A DNA stretch of 64,000 nt from Candidatus Multivoradales bacterium (lineage in GTDB: Bacteria; Acidobacteriota; Thermoanaerobaculia; Multivoradales; JAHEKO01): contig CBDCXM010000009.1 of the NCBI GenBank assembly GCA_965223855.1, forward strand, positions 1,952,001-2,016,000. The letters run 5' to 3'. The first letter of the stretch is position 1; the number at the start of each line of letters is the position of its first letter. Positions 1 through 9,305 of the stretch are shown piece by piece. The notes below the pieces were generated by a model, which saw only the letters and a list, made by a program, of their open reading frames with translations, was not told the DNA's origin and ran no database searches. The position numbers and the translations under genes were made by a program.

Positions 1-1303
1 AGCGCTGGCGACCGAGGATCGCTTCGGCCGCCCTCTCGCCGCTGGCGAACGACTGGTCGGTCCACAGGTAGCCCCACTCGCCGTAGCGGCCGGCCCAGCG
101 GATGCCTGCCTCCCCGAGGAAGCCGTGAATGGTGGCGAGGGCCTCCGGGCGATCATGGTCGAAGATCACGTTCGCCCAGCGGATCGGCCGCACCTCGGTC
201 ATCAGGATCTCGTCGTCTTCGCGAACCAGGCCGCAGCGCCTGAGATCCCGCAGGGTCTTTTCCACACATTCCTCAGGGGTGACGTCGACCGGCCGGTACT
301 TGTCGGAGTAGTAGCACTCCGCCTGGATGCCGCTGGTGCCGGGCGGGACGGTGCGTGGAGAGAGCAGGTGCGGGAAGGAGAGGCGGGTGAAGAAGTAGTC
401 GTCGTCGTAGAAGTAGGTCCACTGGTGCTCGGAGATCCCCTCGCGGGCGACGCCGACATTGACCGTCATGCAGATCGTGCAGGCGAGCTTGCCGGCCGCC
501 TCGACCACCTCGTCGGGGGCGCCGTCGATCATCGGCACCAGTGCCGGCAGCGGGACCGACGAGATCAGCTCGTCGTAGCCGGTCTCGATCCCGTTGGCGA
601 ACCGCAGGCGGCGTGCCCGAGGATCGACGCCGACCAGCTCGTGGCCCAGGTGCAGGTCGGCGGCGTCGACCCACTTCGAGAGATACGAGAAGAAGCCGCC
701 CTCGGTCGGATAGCGGAAGTGGCTGACGTAGTGCACCTCCGGCGTCTCGGCGTGCGTGGCGCCGTAGCGCACCTCCTCGAGGTCGGGCTGGTAGAGCCGC
801 GGGCCGAGCCAGTCGGTCGTCATCGTCTCGGCGGTGCACGTGTGGTATTTGCGGCCGTACTCCATCGGGAAGGTACGGCTGAAGGTCTCGCCGAAGGTCG
901 CGACGAGCCAGTCAGCATAGTTCGCGATCGCTGGTGTCGGTGCCGCCTGTACCGCCTCGAACTCGGCGATCACCGTGTCGATCAGCTCCTGAGGGAGACC
1001 GAACAGGTTGACCTGCGCCGGGTGCTTGATCCAGTAGCCCTGCCAGTAGTTGTTGACCCTGCAGTCGATGGTCTCGAACTCCTCATCGACCGCCGCTGCG
1101 AAGACCTGCTGCAGCCGCTCGTTCTTCGTGAACGAGATGTGCGGCCCGTCGTCGAAGACGAAGCCGGTCGGATGGGCGAACGAGGCGGTGTGGCCGCCGG
1201 GGTAGTCCTTCCTGTCGTAGACGACCGGCGCGACGCCTGCGGAGCGGAGCCGATGCGCGGCGCCGAAAGCCGCCATGCCGGAACCGATGACGACGACCTT
1301 CAT
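1..1303 (-). CDS. FAD/NAD(P)-dependent oxidoreductase, UDP-galactopyranose mutase/protoporphyrinogen oxidase-like; 3' end at the window edge
   Basis: Not in the ORF track; translated by hand from ATG 1303: MKVVVIGSGMAAFGAA...GGHTAS...FDDGPHISF (dinucleotide-binding motif) ...AGRYGEWGYLWTDQSF. ATGA overlap with the upstream epimerase stop. Frame is open to base 1. Confidence 0.8.
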   Translation of the reverse strand, partial: MKVVVIGSGMAAFGAAHRLRSAGVAPVVYDRKDYPGGHTASFAHPTGFVFDDGPHISFTKNERLQQVFAAAVDEEFETIDCRVNNYWQGYWIKHPAQVNLFGLPQELIDTVIAEFEAVQAAPTPAIANYADWLVATFGETFSRTFPMEYGRKYHTCTAETMTTDWLGPRLYQPDLEEVRYGATHAETPEVHYVSHFRYPTEGGFFSYLSKWVDAADLHLGHELVGVDPRARRLRFANGIETGYDELISSVPLPALVPMIDGAPDEVVEAAGKLACTICMTVNVGVAREGISEHQWTYFYDDDYFFTRLSFPHLLSPRTVPPGTSGIQAECYYSDKYRPVDVTPEECVEKTLRDLRRCGLVREDDEILMTEVRPIRWANVIFDHDRPEALATIHGFLGEAGIRWAGRYGEWGYLWTDQSFASGERAAEAILGRQR

Positions 1304-2202
1304 CTCGCCTCCTCTGCGCGCCACCACTCGATCGAACGGGCGATGCCGTCGGTCAGCGATGTCCGCGGCTGCCAGGCGACTTCCGCGAGCAGGCGGGTGA
1401 CGTCGGCGCTCACCTCCGGAGCCTCGTCGGGGTGCGCCTCGACGGCGCCGAGCTCGATCAGCTCCTCGCGCCCCAGCTGGCGAGCCGCCTCCTCTACGAG
1501 GGCTCGTAGTGGGATTGACGTCCCGCTGGCGAGGTTGATCGCACCGGTGGTCCGGGCGTCGACCAGCGCCGCCATCGCTTCGCCGAGGTCGGGGGCAAAG
1601 AGGTAGTCACGCAGCTGCTCGCCGTGAGTCGTACGAGCCGGCTCACCGGCCAGCAGCGCCCGGATCACCGCCGGGACCAGCCGCCGCGGCGCCTCGCCGG
1701 GGCCGTAGACGAAGAACACCCGTCCCCAGGCTGCCGACAGACCGGTTTCGGCGGCGAGGCCGAGGAACGCCTGCGCGCAGGCGTGCTTGGCGACCCCGTA
1801 CGGCGTGGCGGGCACGAGCGGCGAGTCCTCCGAGAGCGGTTGGCTCGCGGTCCAGTCGTACTCGGCGCAACTGCCGATGCCGACCGCTCGCTCACCGCCC
1901 CCCTGCTCGAACGCCTCGAGCAGCTCGAGCGTCGCGCGCGTCCAGGCGAAGTTCTCGGCCCCCGACGCCGCCACGTGCCAGGCGAGATGCAGCATCGCCT
2001 GCGGGCCGATCTCGTCGATCGCCCGGGCGGCGGAACCCGGTGTCAGCAGGTCGTGCCGGTGCCAGAGGAGACCCTCTTCGTCCGTCGGAGTGGCACCGGA
2101 CGTGAGGGCGTGGACCTGCCAGCCACGCCGCCGGAGCGGCTCGATGGCCTGGCGACCGAGAAAACCGGTCGCGCCGGTCAGGAGGATTCTGCGATTGGAC
2201 AC
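1300..2202 (-). CDS. NAD-dependent sugar epimerase/dehydratase (extended SDR)
   Basis: TGATGFLG Rossmann motif, YGVAK (YxxxK), VYGPGE and RDY motifs. GTG 2202 is chosen over the longer ORF start at 2340. Confidence 0.85.
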   Translation of the reverse strand: MSNRRILLTGATGFLGRQAIEPLRRRGWQVHALTSGATPTDEEGLLWHRHDLLTPGSAARAIDEIGPQAMLHLAWHVAASGAENFAWTRATLELLEAFEQGGGERAVGIGSCAEYDWTASQPLSEDSPLVPATPYGVAKHACAQAFLGLAAETGLSAAWGRVFFVYGPGEAPRRLVPAVIRALLAGEPARTTHGEQLRDYLFAPDLGEAMAALVDARTTGAINLASGTSIPLRALVEEAARQLGREELIELGAVEAHPDEAPEVSADVTRLLAEVAWQPRTSLTDGIARSIEWWRAEEAR

Positions 2203-2308
2203 CTGGTTGCCAGCGCCTCGGAGGGCCGGCAGAGTAGCACAGCGAACTCGAGCACTCCGTCGGCCCGGCGGCGGCCGTAGTACCCTTCGCTGCCGGAGGA
2301 TCCGCCCC

Positions 2309-3271
2309 ATGGCGCCGAGCGTCGCGGCACTGGTACTCAACTACAACGGCAGAGACATCACCCTCCAGACGCTCGAGAGTCTGGCGGAGCTGGACTACCC
2401 GAACGTCACCCTGGTGGTGGTCGACAACGGCTCCGACGACGGATCCCTCGAGGCGGTCGCCGAGGCGTTTCCCCAGGTCGAGCGGGTGCGCGTCGAGGTC
2501 AATGAGGGGCCGGCGGCGGGAATGAACGCCGGGCTCGAGTGGGCGATGGAGCGCGACTTCGACTACGTGCTGGCGCTCAACAACGACATCGAGGTCGCCC
2601 CCGACATGCTCGACCGCCTCGTCGTCGTCGCCGAGAGCGATCCGACGATCGGCTGCGTCGGCCCGAAGTGCTACTACTTCTGGGACCGGGAGCGCCTCTG
2701 GTCGGCCGGCGGCCGACTGCGCTTCGGCGAGTCGGTCACCAAGGAGCGCGGCATGGGGGAGCTCGATCGCGGTCAGTACGACCGCACCGAGGAGGTCGAC
2801 TACATCAACGGCTGTGCGATGCTGGTACCGCGCCGGGTGCTGCGCGAGATCGGTTTGTGGGACCCGATCTTCTTCCTCTCGGTAGAGGATGCCGACTGGT
2901 GCATGCGGATGAAGCGCGCCGGCTACCGCTGCTTCTACGCCCATGAAGCGGTGCTGTGGCACATGGTGTCCCACACCGTGGGGGTTTACGTACCGTCGAA
3001 AACCTTCCACAACGGCCGCTCGACGGCGCTCTTCGTGCGCCGCTACGCCGGCCTCGGCGGGTGGCTCAAGTTCTGGGCGCTGCTGGCGCTGGCGATTCCC
3101 GCCGCGTTCCTGCGCGAACTGCCGAAAGGCAATCAGGGGGCGGCGCTCGCCAAGCTGAGGGGTGTGTGGGCCGGGCTGCGAGCGGCGATGACCTCGCCAC
3201 CCAATCCGTGGGGTGAGCGGGCGGCTGCCGGGCGGGGGCGCTCCGGCGACGACTCCGCTACGGCACGCTGA
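2309..3271 (+). CDS. Glycosyltransferase family 2
   Basis: VLNYNG, VVVDNGSDDGS, LNNDIEV, EDADWCMR motifs; GGAGGA SD before ATG 2309. Confidence 0.9.
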   Translation: MAPSVAALVLNYNGRDITLQTLESLAELDYPNVTLVVVDNGSDDGSLEAVAEAFPQVERVRVEVNEGPAAGMNAGLEWAMERDFDYVLALNNDIEVAPDMLDRLVVVAESDPTIGCVGPKCYYFWDRERLWSAGGRLRFGESVTKERGMGELDRGQYDRTEEVDYINGCAMLVPRRVLREIGLWDPIFFLSVEDADWCMRMKRAGYRCFYAHEAVLWHMVSHTVGVYVPSKTFHNGRSTALFVRRYAGLGGWLKFWALLALAIPAAFLRELPKGNQGAALAKLRGVWAGLRAAMTSPPNPWGERAAAGRGRSGDDSATAR

Positions 3272-5138
3272 CGAACCGCCAGTAGGTAGGTGCCGAGTCG
3301 CCGGGCCGGGACGCCGGCTCGAGGCCGCCGCGCTCCCCGGGCGGTGTCCCCTGGTGCAGCAGGTAGATCAGGTCGGCGATCACCGAGCTGTTCTCGGCGA
3401 AATAGGAGTGTCCGAGGAAGCTCGAGTCGAGCCCGCTGACGTCGATGGTGTCGATTCCGTCGACGACCACCGCCTGCGGCTCGGTGTCCCCGGCTCGTGG
3501 CGCCGCGTGGATTCGCTCGGAGGCCGCCAGCGCCTCGTCGGTCGCCGAGGCGTAGAGGGTGATGCGCTTGCCGGTGCCGACGATGCGCGGTGCGATGTTG
3601 CGGCGGAAGACGTCGGCGTCGATGTCCGGGGCGACCAGGGCGATCTGGTCGAACCGCGGCCCCTGCGGATCGCCTGCGATGTCCGTGAGAGCCCGGGTCA
3701 TCGCCCGATTCCCCATGCTGTGAGCGATGAGGTGCACCACCTCGGCCCCCGACTCCCGGGCGACGAGCCGCAGGAAGGTCTCGAGCTGAGGGATGGTGTA
3801 CTCGACGGAAGCCTCGTCGGCCAGATAGCCGCCGACCGAGCCTTTCGACGGCCAGCTGTAGAGGATCGGCGCCCCCTCGAACTGCAGGTCGTAGGCCATC
3901 TGGCCGGTGCGTCGCGCGGCATCCTCGAAGCTGACGTTGTAGCCGTGGACGAAGACGAAGGCGCGCCGACCGTCGCTCGCCTCGACCCGCTGGCGCAGCT
4001 CGCCGACGAACTCGTCGCGCGGCTGGGGCGAGACGGAGAGCAGAACGACGTGCTTCTCCGGGTCCTCCCGGAACTCGAAGCGCCAGAACGAGGGCGATTC
4101 GAGCTCGCCGAGCTCATGGTCGAGCGGGATCGAGACCTCGCAGCGGCCGAGCTCGAGCTCTCCGCGGCCGCTACCGTAGAACTCCCCGGGCTCGTCGTCG
4201 CCGGTCGGGAGGCGGTCGGTGCCGTAGAAGATCGAGACGGTATGGAAGCCGTCCTCCGAAGGCTCGACGCCGGCCTGTTCCGACCCTCCTTCGCGGATCC
4301 CATGGACGGTCGAGATCTCGAGGTACATATAGGGGTGGAGAAGCATCCGGCGCTCGATCAGCAACTCGTCTCCGAGGCGGACTTCGATCCGGTACATGCC
4401 GTGCGGGACGCCGTGCTCGTATTCGGCCCGGCCGAACTCGCCGGTGACGGCCTCGAGCGTGGCGGCGGTGAGCACGTCGGTCACCCGGACCACGGCGCCT
4501 TCGATCTCGCGGTCTTCCCCGTTCCACACCTGGGCCGAGAGGAAGCCGAGATCCCTCACCAGTCCTTCGTCGGGATCGATGTCGAGCCACTCGTCGGCGG
4601 TCCAGCCGAGGGCGATCTCGTCCTCGAAGACGACCTCGTCCGCCGACAGGAGCTGGAAGGTGGCACGCCCCGCCGGCAGGCCGTCGAGGTCGATCCTCCC
4701 GGAGTCGGAGGACTCGGTTTCGAAGACCCGATCCCGCTCGGCGAAGACGAGCCGTGCACGATCGGCCGTCATGCCCTCCGGCACCGAGGTGGTCAGCCGG
4801 CCCCGACGATCGGCCACACCCCCCTCGATATGGGCCAGGACGAAGGCGCCGCCGGCCGCGAGATCGAGCTCCTGCTCGAGATCGGCGTCGCCGCCCGACA
4901 GGCGCAGCGAGATCGCTCCGGCGCTCCACGAGCCGAGGTCGAAGTAACCGTTGACGTCGCTGACCGCCGACCGCTCGAGGTCTCCTGCAGAGGCCGTCAC
5001 CGTGACCCCTCCCAGGGCGGTGTCGTACTCGTGCAGGACGACGCCGGTGAGGTGCACCGTCGCCTCGGAGGGCGGTGTGGCGTTGGCGGTCGACATCAAC
5101 CCGAGCCAGAGGAGCAGGGTGGTCGTGAAGCGGCGCAT
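3258..5138 (-). CDS. Secreted alpha/beta hydrolase (DUF900-like) with N-terminal carboxypeptidase-regulatory-like beta-sandwich repeats
   Basis: Signal peptide; IFYGTDR, FVHGYNVSF, YSWPS, IAHSMG nucleophile elbow, APDID, GHSYF; N-terminal GVTVT..DVNGYF-type repeats. Confidence 0.8.
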   Translation of the reverse strand: MRRFTTTLLLWLGLMSTANATPPSEATVHLTGVVLHEYDTALGGVTVTASAGDLERSAVSDVNGYFDLGSWSAGAISLRLSGGDADLEQELDLAAGGAFVLAHIEGGVADRRGRLTTSVPEGMTADRARLVFAERDRVFETESSDSGRIDLDGLPAGRATFQLLSADEVVFEDEIALGWTADEWLDIDPDEGLVRDLGFLSAQVWNGEDREIEGAVVRVTDVLTAATLEAVTGEFGRAEYEHGVPHGMYRIEVRLGDELLIERRMLLHPYMYLEISTVHGIREGGSEQAGVEPSEDGFHTVSIFYGTDRLPTGDDEPGEFYGSGRGELELGRCEVSIPLDHELGELESPSFWRFEFREDPEKHVVLLSVSPQPRDEFVGELRQRVEASDGRRAFVFVHGYNVSFEDAARRTGQMAYDLQFEGAPILYSWPSKGSVGGYLADEASVEYTIPQLETFLRLVARESGAEVVHLIAHSMGNRAMTRALTDIAGDPQGPRFDQIALVAPDIDADVFRRNIAPRIVGTGKRITLYASATDEALAASERIHAAPRAGDTEPQAVVVDGIDTIDVSGLDSSFLGHSYFAENSSVIADLIYLLHQGTPPGERGGLEPASRPGDSAPTYWRFVSVP

Positions 5139-5229
5139 CGGAGGACCGCCGTCATCCTATCGCCAGAAGCGTCTGCTCCGGCGTGAAGCAGTGTGCCGCG
5201 CCCGGAACCCTGTGGCCGGGATCAGGAGC

Positions 5230-5838
5230 TCAGGAGTCGCCCCACAGCTCCTCGAGCCGCCGGTCCCGCCCGCAGCCGTTGCGGTAGAACTTGTAGCGAA
5301 TCGGGTTCTTCTTGTAGTAGTCCTGGTGGTACTCCTCGGCGGCGTAGAACGCTTCGAACGGCGTTACCTGGGTCACCACCCGAGAGACCTTGCCCGAGTC
5401 GATCAGCGCCTGCTTCGACGCTTCTGCGGCGCGCTGCTGCTGTTCGTTGTGGGCGAAGATCTCCGAGCGATACTGGGTGCCGCGATCGCAGAACTGCCGG
5501 TTCTCCGCGGTCGGGTCGATGTTGACCCAGAAGACCTCAAGCAGCTCCTCGTAGCTGATCTTCGCCGGGTCGTAGGCGATCTGGACCACCTCCGTGTGCC
5601 CGGTCGTACCGGCCGACACCTCCTTGTACGTCGGATCGACGACCTCGCCGCCGCTGTATCCGGAGGTCGTCGACAGCACTCCGTCGAGCTCGTCGAACGG
5701 CGGCTCCATGCACCAGAAACAGCCGCCGGCGAAGGTGGCCAGAGCCGTCTCCCCCTCGGCGGCGATCACGGGCGCCTCGGCGGCACAGCCGAGGAGCAGG
5801 AGGGTGAGGGCAATTCCTGAGGCGATGCGTCGGTTCAT
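5230..5838 (-). CDS. msrA: Peptide-methionine (S)-S-oxide reductase MsrA with lipoprotein-like signal
   Basis: FAGGCFWCME, GHTEVVQI, AEEYHQDYY; N-terminal LLLLGC. Confidence 0.95.
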   Translation of the reverse strand: MNRRIASGIALTLLLLGCAAEAPVIAAEGETALATFAGGCFWCMEPPFDELDGVLSTTSGYSGGEVVDPTYKEVSAGTTGHTEVVQIAYDPAKISYEELLEVFWVNIDPTAENRQFCDRGTQYRSEIFAHNEQQQRAAEASKQALIDSGKVSRVVTQVTPFEAFYAAEEYHQDYYKKNPIRYKFYRNGCGRDRRLEELWGDS

Positions 5839-6368
5839 GTGCGGAGCTCCGGAAGGTCGTCGCCCGCGGGCACGAAGGCGAGAGCGACGCCGTTGTTGCA
5901 GTAGCGCTTACCGGTGGGCGCCGGGCCGTCGCCGAAGACGTGTCCCTGGTGACCGCCGCAGCGCAGGCAGTGGTACTCGGTTCTCGGATAGCCGATCTTG
6001 TAGTCGGTGCTGGTGCCGAGCCGGTTCTCCAGCGGCTGCCAGAAGCTCGGCCAGCCGGTACCGGAGTCGTATTTGGTGGAAGCATCGAAGAGCGGCAGGA
6101 AGCAGCCGGCGCAGACGAAGGTGCCGTCGCGCTTCTCGTCGTTGAGCGGGCTTGTGAAGGCGCGCTCGGTGCCCTCCTGGCGCAGGATCCTGAACTGTTC
6201 GGGCGTCAGCAGGTCACGCCATGCGTCTTCCGACAGCTCGAGCGGCTCGATGCCCTCGGGCAGCTCGGCCGCCTCTGTCGCTCGCGCCGCGGAGCGGCCC
6301 ACGATCTTCGAGAGCAGCGGGACGGCGGCGAGGGCGGCCGCACCCTTGAACAGATCACGTCGTCGCAT
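5835..6368 (-). CDS. msrB: Peptide-methionine (R)-S-oxide reductase MsrB with Tat signal
   Basis: GTERAFT, KYDSGTGWPSF, two CxxC pairs, GHVFGDGP, RYCNNG; MRRRDLFKG twin-arginine start at ATG 6368 with GGAGG SD. Confidence 0.95.
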   Translation of the reverse strand: MRRRDLFKGAAALAAVPLLSKIVGRSAARATEAAELPEGIEPLELSEDAWRDLLTPEQFRILRQEGTERAFTSPLNDEKRDGTFVCAGCFLPLFDASTKYDSGTGWPSFWQPLENRLGTSTDYKIGYPRTEYHCLRCGGHQGHVFGDGPAPTGKRYCNNGVALAFVPAGDDLPELRT

Positions 6369-6487
6369 CGGGGAACCTCCAGGGCGGGGGAGTTGAAAGG
6401 ACAGGCCGGCGGGACGCCGGCACACAGGTTATCCGTCCGCCGCCGGCGAACGGATTCGTCGGCGCACGGCCCGCCCGTCGGAGCGGC

Positions 6488-7726
6488 TCAGTCGAGGACC
6501 CGGGTCTCCGGCACGGCGACGACGAACTTCCCCCCCCACTCGCGGATGCCCGCCATCTGCGCCGTGATCTCCGCCTCGAGGTTCCACGGCAGGATGAGGA
6601 CGTAGTCGGGCCGGGTCTCGAAGATGCGGTCGGGGGTGTGGATCGGGATCCGGGTGCCGGGCAGGTAGTTGCCGTGCTTGGCGGGGCTGCGATCGACGGT
6701 GTAGTCGAGCACGTCGGTGCCGGCTCCGCAGTAGTTGAGGAAGGTGTTGCCCTTGGCGGGAGCGCCGTAGCCGACGATCTGCTTGCCGGCGCGTTTCTCG
6801 CGGATGACGAACTCCCAGAACCTGCGCTTCGTCTCGCGCACCTGTTCGTCGAAGGTGAGGTAGGTCTCGATGCGGTCGAAACCGAGTTCGCGCTCGCGTG
6901 AGAGCAGCGCCGGCACCCGGTCCTCGACGACTCGTGCTTCGTGCTCGGCGTGACGGCCGTAGACGCGCAGCGACCCGCCGTGGGTCGGCAGCTCGTCGAC
7001 GTCGAACACCGTCAAGCCGTGGCGCCGGAAGAGGTCGTCGACCACGAGCAGCGAGTAGTAGCAGTAGTGCTCGTGGTAGATCGTGTCGAACTGGTTCTCC
7101 GCCATCAGCCTCGCCAGATGGGGGAACTCGAGAGTGATCACCCCCTCGGGGGAGAGCACCGTCTTCATGCCGGCGACGAAATCGTTGAGTGGCGGGACGT
7201 GCGCGAAGACGTTGTTGCCCAGCAGCAGATCGGCGCGGGTTCCTTCCGCGACCAGCCGCTCGGCGAGCGCACTGGAGAAGAACTCGACGCGGGACGGGAT
7301 CCCTTTCTTCTCCGCTTCGACGGCGATGTTGGCGGCCGGCTCGATACCGAGCACCGGCACGCCGGCGGTGACGAAGTGCTGGAGCAGGTAGCCGTCGTTG
7401 CTCGCGATCTCGATGACCAGGCTCTCCTCGTCGAAGCCGAAGCGCTCGATCATCGCCTCGCTGTAGCGCCGGGCGTGCTCGACCCACGAGTCGGAGTAGG
7501 AGGAGAAGTAGGCGTAGTCGGAGAAGATCGATTCCGCCCCAGCGCTGTCGAACTCCGGCAGCTGCACCAGGAAGCAGCTCTCGCAGACGTAGACGGTCAG
7601 CGGGAAGCGCGGCTCCATCGCCAGGAGCTGCTCCTCTTTGAGGTAGGAGTTGGCGAGCGGGGAGAAGCCGAGATCGGCGAAGACGTGCTCCAGAGGAGCG
7701 GCGCACAGACGGCAGGTGAGCGACAT
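6488..7726 (-). CDS. NDP-sugar C-methyltransferase family SAM-dependent methyltransferase
   Basis: CRLC...CESCFLVQ zinc site, EIASNDGYLL, FDTIYHEHY, THGGSLR, YGAPAKGNT, ILPWN. Start ATG 7726. Confidence 0.9.
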   Translation of the reverse strand: MSLTCRLCAAPLEHVFADLGFSPLANSYLKEEQLLAMEPRFPLTVYVCESCFLVQLPEFDSAGAESIFSDYAYFSSYSDSWVEHARRYSEAMIERFGFDEESLVIEIASNDGYLLQHFVTAGVPVLGIEPAANIAVEAEKKGIPSRVEFFSSALAERLVAEGTRADLLLGNNVFAHVPPLNDFVAGMKTVLSPEGVITLEFPHLARLMAENQFDTIYHEHYCYYSLLVVDDLFRRHGLTVFDVDELPTHGGSLRVYGRHAEHEARVVEDRVPALLSRERELGFDRIETYLTFDEQVRETKRRFWEFVIREKRAGKQIVGYGAPAKGNTFLNYCGAGTDVLDYTVDRSPAKHGNYLPGTRIPIHTPDRIFETRPDYVLILPWNLEAEITAQMAGIREWGGKFVVAVPETRVLD

Positions 7727-7846
7727 GAAGTACCTCGGTGACGGGCGCCGCGGTACTGCGACGGCGGCGCGGGGCGTGGAGGAAGGGGAGATTAGCGCAG
7801 GGGAGGCTCCGGCCCAAGCAGTGGTACTCTCGGCTCGGAGGCGTCG

Positions 7847-8098
7847 ATGGCGGTCGATCCAGAACTGTTGGAAATCCTGGTCTGTCCGAAGACCAAGGCG
7901 GAGCTCGAAGTGGTCGAGCTGCCGGAGGCGCTGCGCGAGGAGCTCGCGGCTCGCTACGCCGAGCATTTTCGCGAGGAGGCGCCGGTCGTCGAGGAGGCGC
8001 TCTATTGCCGGGAGTCGGGTCTCGTCTATCCGATCGTCTCCGACATTCCGATCCTGCTGATCGAGGAAGCTCTTCCGGCCGCCTCGATCGGCCGCTGA
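7847..8098 (+). CDS. Trm112/YcaR family protein
   Basis: MAVDPELLEILVCPKTK...LYC..SGLVYPI..DIPILLIEEA; GGAGG SD. Confidence 0.85.
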   Translation: MAVDPELLEILVCPKTKAELEVVELPEALREELAARYAEHFREEAPVVEEALYCRESGLVYPIVSDIPILLIEEALPAASIGR

Positions 8099-8123
8099 GC
8101 CGTCCTCCACGCCCGACGGCAGC

Positions 8124-9305
8124 GTGGGGCACTCGAAGAGCGTGAGCCGAGCGACCGAAGCTGCGACCGTCGAGCGCGTCGGCACGACGGCCTACGCCCT
8201 CCACCTCTGGCTGGTCGTCGGTCTCGCCCTCTCGAACCTGGCGGGCCTCGTCGCCGTCGCGGCGGCGGCCACCCTGAGGCCGTCGCTCGGCGGTCGCGGC
8301 CGCGCGGTGCTCCTGCCGGCCGCGATCTACGCCGTCTGTGTGCTGCTGGCAATCGTCTTCTCGACCGATCCGACGGCCTCTCTCGACGGCGCCTCCGAGC
8401 TGCTGTCGCTCCTGACCCTGCCGCTCGGCATCCTCTTCGCCAGCGGCAGCCGCAACGTCCGCTCGATCGCCGACGGGCTCATCATCATGGGGGCGTTTGC
8501 CTCCACCTGGGGCCTCTTTCAGCTGTTCTTCGGCTACGGCGGTATCGATCAGAGGATCGTCGGGCCGTTCTCACACTGGATGACGTTCGCCGGAGTGCTG
8601 CTGATGGCGGACCTGCTGGTGGTCGCGCAACTCCTCGCCCGCCGGCGCTCGCGGACCGCGTGGCGCTGGATCGCGCTCCTGGTGATCAATCTCGGACTGG
8701 TCGCCTGCCTGACGCGTGGCGCCTGGGTCGCCGGCGCCCTGTCGATCGCCGTGTTGATCCTGCTCAGCTCGCCGCGCTGGCTGGCGGCCTGGGTGTCGGT
8801 GGCCGCCCTCGGTCTGGTGCTGGCTCCGTCGCCGGTTCGGGACCGCGTCGCTTCGATCAGCGATCTGGGCAACTTCTCGAACTACGACCGCCTTTGCATG
8901 CTCGAGGCGGGCTGGCTCATGACTCGGGAACGGCCGATCTTCGGCCACGGCCCCGACCGGGTGAGGGACCGCTATCCGATCTACCGCCACGAGACGGCTC
9001 CTCGCCACTGGGTGCCGCACCTGCACAACAACTTCGCCCAGATCTCGGCGGAGAGCGGACTGCCGTCGGCGCTGGCCGTCCTGTGGATGATGGCGGTCGC
9101 GGCGTGGACCTCCTGGCGCCGCTATCGCAGAGAGCGCGCCTCCGGAGGGGAGGCGGCGGACCTCTATCTCGGAGCGCTGGGCGCGCTTCTCGCCTTCAAT
9201 CTGGCCGGGCTCTTCGAGTTCAACTGGGGCGACACCGAGGTGCAGCGGCTCGCGCTCTTCGCCGTCGCGATGCCGTTCTGCCTCGCCGGGGAGAAGACGT
9301 CGTGA
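8124..9305 (+). CDS. O-antigen ligase (WaaL/Wzy_C) family membrane protein
   Basis: Many TM segments, LTRGAW, PIFGHG, HLHNNFAQ motif. Start uncertain (8124 or GTG 8142). Confidence 0.8.
   Translation: MGHSKSVSRATEAATVERVGTTAYALHLWLVVGLALSNLAGLVAVAAAATLRPSLGGRGRAVLLPAAIYAVCVLLAIVFSTDPTASLDGASELLSLLTLPLGILFASGSRNVRSIADGLIIMGAFASTWGLFQLFFGYGGIDQRIVGPFSHWMTFAGVLLMADLLVVAQLLARRRSRTAWRWIALLVINLGLVACLTRGAWVAGALSIAVLILLSSPRWLAAWVSVAALGLVLAPSPVRDRVASISDLGNFSNYDRLCMLEAGWLMTRERPIFGHGPDRVRDRYPIYRHETAPRHWVPHLHNNFAQISAESGLPSALAVLWMMAVAAWTSWRRYRRERASGGEAADLYLGALGALLAFNLAGLFEFNWGDTEVQRLALFAVAMPFCLAGEKTS

Noticed and set aside
125-1606. 493-aa plus-strand ORF and similar long antisense ORFs (3213-5186, 13706-15724, 27174-29027, 37096-38469, 55644-56927)
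   Set aside because: Shadow ORFs opposite well-supported genes, expected in high-GC DNA; no recognisable motifs.
5195-5222. GGGTTCCGGG (minus strand) between the hydrolase and msrA, resembling the transposase end motif
   Set aside because: Only a 10-nt match lacking the GAAT part; plausible by chance at this GC content.
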